From contig OZ024745.1 in assembly GCA_964016885.1 (NCBI GenBank), forward strand, positions 57,288,001 through 57,352,000: a stretch of 64,000 nt of DNA, given 5' to 3'. The position numbers and the translations under genes are program-made. The notes below the pieces were generated by a model, which did not search any database, was not told where the DNA came from, and saw nothing but the letters and a program-made list of their open reading frames with translations. Below, one piece after another: positions 55,293 through 64,000 of the stretch. The stretch's first letter is position 1; every line of letters begins with the position of its first letter. The stretch comes from Eledone cirrhosa. Its lineage: Eukaryota.

Positions 55293-55842
55293 GTGAGGTT
55301 TTTTTTACAAAATGAAAAATAACCGAGGTGTCCTACACGAGTGAAAGTATAAAGAAAAAGAGATGAAATCGAAAATGCAACTTTTTAAAAAAAATATATA
55401 TATTTATTTGGTTCCTTTACCGGTTTCGCAGTTCTTCTGCTTTTCAAAAGGTGAGTTGAGATGGAGGGTCTGTGGTTTTTCTCACATCTGGTTGGTCTCT
55501 GAATGTTACCTGTTTTATATGGAAAAAGTGGCTCGAAATGCCGCGTTTTTCGAGAAGTAATTTGATTGGTTTGTCAATAATTATAATAAATTTCGCGCCA
55601 GTTCGCGTTACAATAGTTCTTCAAATAAGAGGGGGGGGGGTTGTCGCAGGTTGTTTTTTCATATATGAGTGTTTGAATTTCTTTTTACTTGAAAAAAGAA
55701 GGCTCACGAAGGCTTTTTTTTGGTTGGTTATAAATGAAATTATGGCTGTCACGTGAACAAATTTTCATTAAATTTTTGTGCCCTTATTTGGAAATCAATT
55801 CTGTAGCCTTTTTAGAGAATTTTTTGATAAGTGAAAGATAAT

Positions 55843-56027
55843 TGTTTCTACTTTAGGCACAAGGCCAGCAATTACCCAGTGCATTACTGGTACTTTATTT
55901 TATCGACCCCGTAAGGATGAAAGGCAAAGTCAACCTCGGCGGGATTTGAACTCAGATTGTAAAGGGACGTAACTATGCTGGAAAGCATGGCGTCCGACCC
56001 TCTACCGATACTGCCAATCCACCGCCC
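55843..56027 (-). mobile_element. Full-length tRNA-derived SINE with 20-bp TSD, nested in the PLE
   Basis: TTTGATAAGTGAAAGATAAT at 55823-55842 and 56028-56047. Confidence 0.92.
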
Positions 56028-57843
56028 TTTGATAAGTGAAAGATAATGGTCAAGAGAAAGGGATGGGAGAATTGTTCTGGTTCAGTGAATATGGTTAGTT
56101 CGCTGGGGTGTCAGAATTCAGATTTTCTATTGAATAAAGAAAGTAAAGATATGTGTGTTTATTTGTGTGCTTGTGTGTGTGTGTGCGTGTGTGTGTGTGT
56201 GTGTTTGAATTTCTTTACTTTAAAAAAAGGTGGCTCACGAAGGCTTTTTTTTAATAAACGTGATTTGATTGGTTATAAATGAAATTTGGCTGTCACGTGA
56301 ACAAGTTTTCATTACATTTTTGCGCCCTTATTTGGAAAACTATTCTGTAGTCTTTATAGCGAATGTTATGACAATGGAAAGATAGTGGTCAAGAGAAATG
56401 GTATTGGGAGAATTGTTCTGGTTCAGTAAATATGGTTAGTTCGCTGGGGTGTCAGAGTTCAGATTTTCTATTGATGTGAAGATATGTATGTTTATTTGTG
56501 TGCTTGTGTGTGTGTATGTGTGAGTGTGTGTGTATGTGTGTGTGTGTGTGTATGTGTGTATTGGAAGATGATTCTATTAGTAGAAATGGGGGAGGGAGTT
56601 GTGTGTGTGTGTATATGGGTGTTATGTGTGTGTGTGCGAGTATGTTAAGATGGAGAGAATATATATTTTGTGTGTGTGTATATATTTGTGTGTAAAATTG
56701 ACTTCACAATGTTCCAGTCAGTTGAGTTCGCAAAAAATAAGTTTTGCTGGTAATTGGAAGTAGCAAACCTGTCACATTTTTTACCACGCTGAATATACCT
56801 GAAATATACGCTTCCGGTTTGACAGTATGTGGAAGGGTCATCTACAAAATATTTTGAAATTGAATTCTTTCTTAATTATATATCTTTTCAAAAGTCATCA
56901 GTATGGGTAGATTGACCAGTGTCGTTGACTAATTAAAGGTATTTAAAGATATATTAATTTTAAAATAATATCTTAATTTTAGACTGTCAGTTACATATAA
57001 CAAAACAGTTATCTCATTCCAACGGAATGGGATAACTATTTTGTTATATGTTTATGGAGAGAAACAGTTTAACATTTATTAAGTAAACATCCGTAACACA
57101 TTGTGATATTATTTTAAATTATTAGTCAAATTGCATGTCATGATACGTTACTATTTCTTCCCAAAAATATAAATTACAATATATCAGTAACACGTTTGTG
57201 ACAATACATGTCTTCTTCTTCTTCTTCTTCTTCTTCTTCTTCTTCTTCTTCTTCTTCTTCTTCTTCTTCTTCTTCTTCTGTTTCTTCTTCTTCTTCTTCT
57301 TCTTCTTCTTCTTCTTCTTCTTCTTCTTCTTCTTCTTCTTCTTCTTCTTCTTTTTCTCCCCCTCCTCCCCCTTATCCTCCTCCTTCTCCTCCCCCTTCTC
57401 CTCCTCATTCTCCTCCTTCTCCCCCTCCTCCTTCTTCTTCTTCTTCTTCTCCTCCTCCACCTCCTTCTTCTTCTTCTTCTTCTTCTTCTTTATCCTGATA
57501 TGGTCATGGGGGCAATGTCTTTAAACACTTCTTCCAGCGGGTCTTGTCAGAAGTAACAGTTTCTCACTGATTCAGCGGGATCTCCAATCGAGACGAACCG
57601 AGCTCATGGATGTTTCGCGGAAATTATCACGTGATTTTACTGTCAACAAAGGGGTAGTTAAATTATATATAATAAATGTAATGAGTTTTTCGAATATTAA
57701 TAATAACATTCGATTCGTTTGCAATTATGCTAATTGCAGGTCTGACTGATCACCCTGTCTGCTAATATGCAAATTAGGCCGATCAGTCACTGCGTATATT
57801 TGAAAATAGCATATATTTTCACTAGCTGCGACAGTTTGGTAGG

Positions 57844-57900
57844 TGAACAGTGAGCTGTACTGATGAAGCCCAGAAACATTAGTGTCTGCAGTTCTGTTCA
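57844..57900 (+). ncRNA. Hammerhead-like motif lacking stem II (family H); mirror 60802-60858 (-)
   Basis: Long stem I TGAACAG-T-GAGCTGTA / TGCAGTTCTGTTCA, CTGATGA, 6-nt linker AGCCCA, GAAACA-TTAG-TGT-C (GUC site). Confidence 0.65.
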
Positions 57901-58286
57901 CATGCCAACACAAGAGCAAGAATGTAGGGTTCATTCTACTGGCATGGCTATAAAATTGAGGATTGTTTGCATAATTGCCAACGAATCGAATGTTATTATT
58001 AATATTCGAAAAACTCAGAACTGGCGCGAAATTTATTATAATTATTGACAAACCAATCAAATTACTTCTCGAAAAACCCGGCATTTCGAGCCACTTTTTC
58101 CATATAAAACAAGTAACATTCAGAAACCAACCAGATGTGAGAAAAACCACAGACCCTCCATCTCAACTCACCTTTTGAAAAGCAGAAGAACTGCGAAACC
58201 GGTAAAGGAACCAAATAAATATATAAGTTGCATTTTCGATTTCATCTATTTTTCTGTATATATATATACATACATATATCTATTTT

Positions 58287-58358
<72 letters not shown>

Positions 58359-58942
58359 CATATATATATATATAATCAAAGAACTGTACAGTATTTTTGT
58401 AAATAACATACATTCTATGTTATTTTAAACACATAGAACTGAAACACCTTTAATATATTAAAAGATTATAGTCACAACTGAAAAAACTGGGTACATCTCA
58501 GTGAAAATATATCGATATTGGATTTGTTTTTTGAAATATAGCAAAACAGTATAATATTTCGATAATTTCGTGATGAGATTTCCCGATAATAATTGCATTA
58601 TACAGAGAGTAAGAAATACTTTTTCACTGTTTCAGTTGCAGCATAAATATGTTAGATATAAAATATCAAATTTGAAAATATTGAAAACAATGCTGTAAAC
58701 TCAAGTAACTTTTATTATAATTCAAAAATGAAATTGCTTATAATACAGTGGAAATAGATTTATTTCTGGCAAGAAATCTGTGGACGAAATATGAAAATAA
58801 ATTCATAAAAATAATGTTAATGCACGAATCTATATAGTACGAGATGAAAAAAGAAGCAGATACACTGGCAAACATAGAGACATACAAACAAGACATATAC
58901 GCATGAATATATTGTTGTATAAAATACGTTTATATATATATA

Positions 58943-59013
<71 letters not shown>

Positions 59014-59017
<4 letters not shown>

Positions 59018-60610
59018 AATTAAGTTAAAAATGTACATCCACATATGTATACTGAAATACTAGTATGCATATGAATACACACACGTATACATATGTAGAT
59101 GTACCGAGTTTTTCACTGGTCACTTTACTGTGAGTGTCCAGCTATTCTGTATGTAAACACACAGACAAACCGGTTTTTAGAGTCATACTGGTTTTTGAGG
59201 AAACACCTTTCCTCTATTCTCCAGAAAGCCAGACAAGGAATATTGAACTAGTTTCGATGTTGTTACATCTCATCAGCAATATTTACCTATCTTCCGGCCT
59301 TTCTAGAGAATCGTAAAAGCACATATCGTTATATGCTTTTTCTATGAAAATTAGTAGTGGGCAGACTAATTTGCATAGAGCGTGAGTACGTACCGGTTCA
59401 ACGGAGACGATAAAAACAAATAACGAAACGAAATTAAATTTCGTTTCGTTTGTAACTCACTTTTGTATGACTGACGCTTAAACAATTAAGTTAAAAATGT
59501 ACATCCACATATGTATACTGAAATACTAGTATGCATATGAATACACACACGTATACATATGTAGATGTACCGAGTTTTTCACTGGTCACTTTACTGTGAG
59601 TGTCCAGCTATTCTGTATGTAAACACACAGACAAACCGGTTTTTAGAGTCATACTGGTTTTTGAGGAAACACCTTTCCTCTATTCTCCAGAAAGCCAGAC
59701 AAGGAATATTGAACTAGTTTCGATGTTGTTACATCTCATCAGCAATATTTACCTATCTTCGGCCTTTCTAGAGAATCGTAAAAGCACATATCGTTATATG
59801 CTTTTTCTATGAAAATTAGTAGTGGGCAGACTAATTTGCATAGAGCGTGAGTACGTACCGCTTCAACGGAGACGATAAAAACAAATAACGAAACGAAATT
59901 AAATTTCGTTTCGTTTGTAACTCACTTTTGTATGACTGACGCTTAAACAATTAAGTTAAAAATGTACATCCACATATGTATACTGAAATACTAGTATGCA
60001 TATGAATACACACACGTATACATATGTAGATGTACCGAGTTTTTCACTGGTCGCTTTACTGTGAGTGTCCAGCTATTCTGTATGTAAACACACAGACAAA
60101 CCGGTTTTTAGAGTCATACTGGTTTTTGAGGAAACACCTTTCCTCTTTTATCGTCTCCGTTGAACCGGTACGTACTCACGCTCTATGCAAATTAGTCTGC
60201 CCACTACTAATTTTCATAGAAAAAGCATATAACGATATGTGCTTTTACGATTCTCTAGAAAGGCCGGAAGATAGGTAAATATTGCTGATGAGATGTAACA
60301 ACATCGAAACTAGTTCAATATTCCTTGTCTGGCTTTCTAGAGAATAGAGGAAAGGTGTTTCCTCAAAAACCAGTATGACTCTAAAAACCGGTTTGTCTGT
60401 GTGTTTACATACAGAATAGCTGGACACTCACAGTAAAGTGACCAGTGAAAAACTCGGTACATCTACATATGTATACGTGTGTGTATTCATATGCATACTA
60501 GTATTTCAGTATACATATGTGGATGTACATTTTTAACTTAATTGTTTAAGCGTCAGTCATACAAAAGTGAGTTACAAACGAAACGAAATTTAATTTCGTT
60601 TCGTTATTTG

Positions 60611-60615
<5 letters not shown>
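59014..60615. mobile_element. Retrozyme-like tandem array (family F), 466-bp unit: 2.4 minus-strand units plus one inverted unit
   Basis: Units 59014-59479, 59480-59945, partial to 60146, then inverted 60146-60615; one HHR per unit; (TA)n on both sides. Confidence 0.88.
60278..60322 (+). ncRNA. Canonical minimal type I hammerhead (family F); copies 59239-59283 and 59705-59749 (-)
   Basis: AATATTG-CTGATGA-GATG(TAACAA)CATC-GAAAC-TA-GT-T-CAATATT. Confidence 0.9.
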
Positions 60616-60645
<30 letters not shown>

Positions 60646-61086
60646 GAACATTTTCTCTCTACATGGTTGAATACAATAAATGTAATCTGAGTTTTTCGAA
60701 TATTAATAACTTTCGGTTCGTTGGCAATTATGCAAACAATCCTCAATTTTATAGCCATGCCAGTAGAATGAACCCTACATTCTTGCTCTTGTGTTGGTAT
60801 GTGAACAGAACTGCAGACACTAATGTTCCTGGGCTTCATCAGTACAGCTCACTGTTCACCTACCAAACTGTCGCAGCTAGTGAAAATATATGCTATTTTC
60901 AAATATACGCAGTGACTGATCGGCTTGATTTGCATATTAGCAGACAGGGTGATCAGTCAGATCTGCAATTAGCATAATTGCAAACGAATTGAATGTTATT
61001 ATTAATATTCGAAAAACTCATTACATTTATTATATATAATTTAACTACCCCTTTGTTGACAGTAAAATCACGTGATAATTTTCGCG

Positions 61087-61345
61087 AAACATCCATGAGC
61101 TCGGTTCGTCTCGATTGGAGATCCCGCTGAATCAGTTAGAAACTGTTACTTCTGACAAGACCCGCCGGAAGAAGTCTTTAAAGACATTGCTCACATGACC
61201 ATATCAGGATAAAGAAGAAGAAGAAGAAGAAGAAGAAGAAGAAGAAGAAGAAGAAGAAGAAGAAGAAGAAGAAGAAGAAGAAGAAGAAGAAGAAGAAGAA
61301 GAAGAAGAAGAAGAAGAAGAAGAAGAAGAAGAAGAAGAAGAAGAA
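61087..61345 (+). mobile_element. RTE LINE extreme 3' end with long (GAA)n tail; mirror at about 57210-57615
   Basis: AACATCCATGAGCT...GGAGATCC...TTCTGA is homologous to 47047-47170. Confidence 0.7.
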
Positions 61346-61642
61346 AAAGAAGACGACGACGACAACGACCTCGACGACGACGACGACATGTATCGTCACC
61401 AACGTGTTGCTGATATATTGTAATTTATATTTTTGGAAAGAAATAGTAACGTATCATGACATGCAATTTGACTAATAATTTAAAATAATATCACGATGTT
61501 GACTTAATAAATGTTAAACTGTTTCTCTCCATAAACATACAACAAAAAAGTTATCCCATTCCGTTGGAATGAGATAACTGTTTTATTATATGTAACTGAC
61601 AGTCTAAAATTAAGATATTATTTTTTAATTAATATATCTTTA

Positions 61643-63066
<1,424 letters not shown>

Positions 63067-63545
63067 TTAATATATCTTTAAATACCTTTAAATAGTCAAC
63101 GACACTGGTCAATCTACCCATACTGATGACTTTTGAAAAGATGTATAATTAAGAAAGAATTCAATTTCGAAATATTATGTAGATGACCCTTCCACATACT
63201 GTCAAACCGGAAGCGTAGTTTTCAGGTATATTCAGCGTGGTACAAAATGTGACAGGTTTGCTACTTCCAATTATCAGCAAAACTTATTTTTTGCGAACTC
63301 AACTGACTGGAACATTGTGAAGTCAATTTTATGGATGAAGGGCGCAACGCGCAGCCCGAAATCAAAATTACGACATTACGATTGGCATTCAAATATCCTA
63401 ACCACAAATCCACTCGCTTTCGCTAAAAATTGCATTAAAAATGAATTAATTTCCATGCATACCTGTATATTTATTTATCAGAAATTTAATTATATCAAAT
63501 TAATTCTGAAGGAAAATAAGTAACAAATGTAGGTAGGTGTGTGTG

Positions 63546-63641
<96 letters not shown>

Positions 63642-64000
63642 TGTATGTATGTGTGTGTGTGTATGTGTGTATGCACACGCACACATACATATATATATAT
63701 TTATATATTTCCTTTTGTAAACTATCACAAATGTCCATAATAAGCGAGATGCACCTCTCTCTCTCTCCGTATATATATGTATATATATAAAGAGAGAAAA
63801 AGAGATAAAGAAAGAGAGGGGGGGGTAAAGAAAGAAGGAAAGAAAAAAGAAAGAAAGAAAGAAAGAAAGGAAGAAAGGAAGAAAGATAGGGAGATACATT
63901 TTTATTTATCTATATCCATTATAGTGCTGATATTGCTCTTTGATGCTACTCTGTGTGATATCGACTTAAGAATCTATACAAAAAAAAATTAATTTATCTT

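Larger units (their letters stand above)
55286..58260. mobile_element. Family E PLE fold-back insertion: minus 3' end 55286-56693, inverted 3' end 58018-58260, with non-element DNA between
   Basis: 55350-55603 is the reverse complement of 58018-58260; both carry the family E HHR; internal tandem duplication near 55665 and 56200; both ends at (TA)n. Confidence 0.78.

Noticed and set aside
63119-63186. CTGATGA...GAAAT motif in the duplicated arm
   Set aside because: The cleavage position would be G, stem I is poor, and the mirror copy lacks GAAA.

Overview
AT-rich, microsatellite-dense eukaryotic DNA. The SINE family and repeat landscape suggest a cephalopod such as Octopus, but this is inference. 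I found no recognisable host gene; nearly all interpretable sequence is transposon-derived. The dominant signal is a cluster of Penelope-like retroelement (PLE, Naiad-type RT + GIY-YIG) insertions and non-coding relatives, mostly sitting in (TA)n tracts. They form fold-back structures, from zero-loop palindromes to 8-kb inverted repeats with template-jump junctions. Their arms carry about 25 hammerhead-ribozyme (HHR) motifs in about 10 sequence families, folded by eye. Several have unusual cores: U3-A8 covariation, U4 substitutions, a 115-nt stem II, or no stem II. Two retrozyme-like tandem HHR arrays (466 and 493 bp units) are present. One fold-back insertion appears to have copied 1.3 kb of neighbouring genomic DNA. 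Also present: three Tx1-clade LINE copies next to (CTAT)n tracts, R4/Dong-like and RTE LINE remnants, a non-autonomous Helitron, a mariner remnant and many tRNA-derived SINEs. Most short ORFs in the track are microsatellite artefacts.
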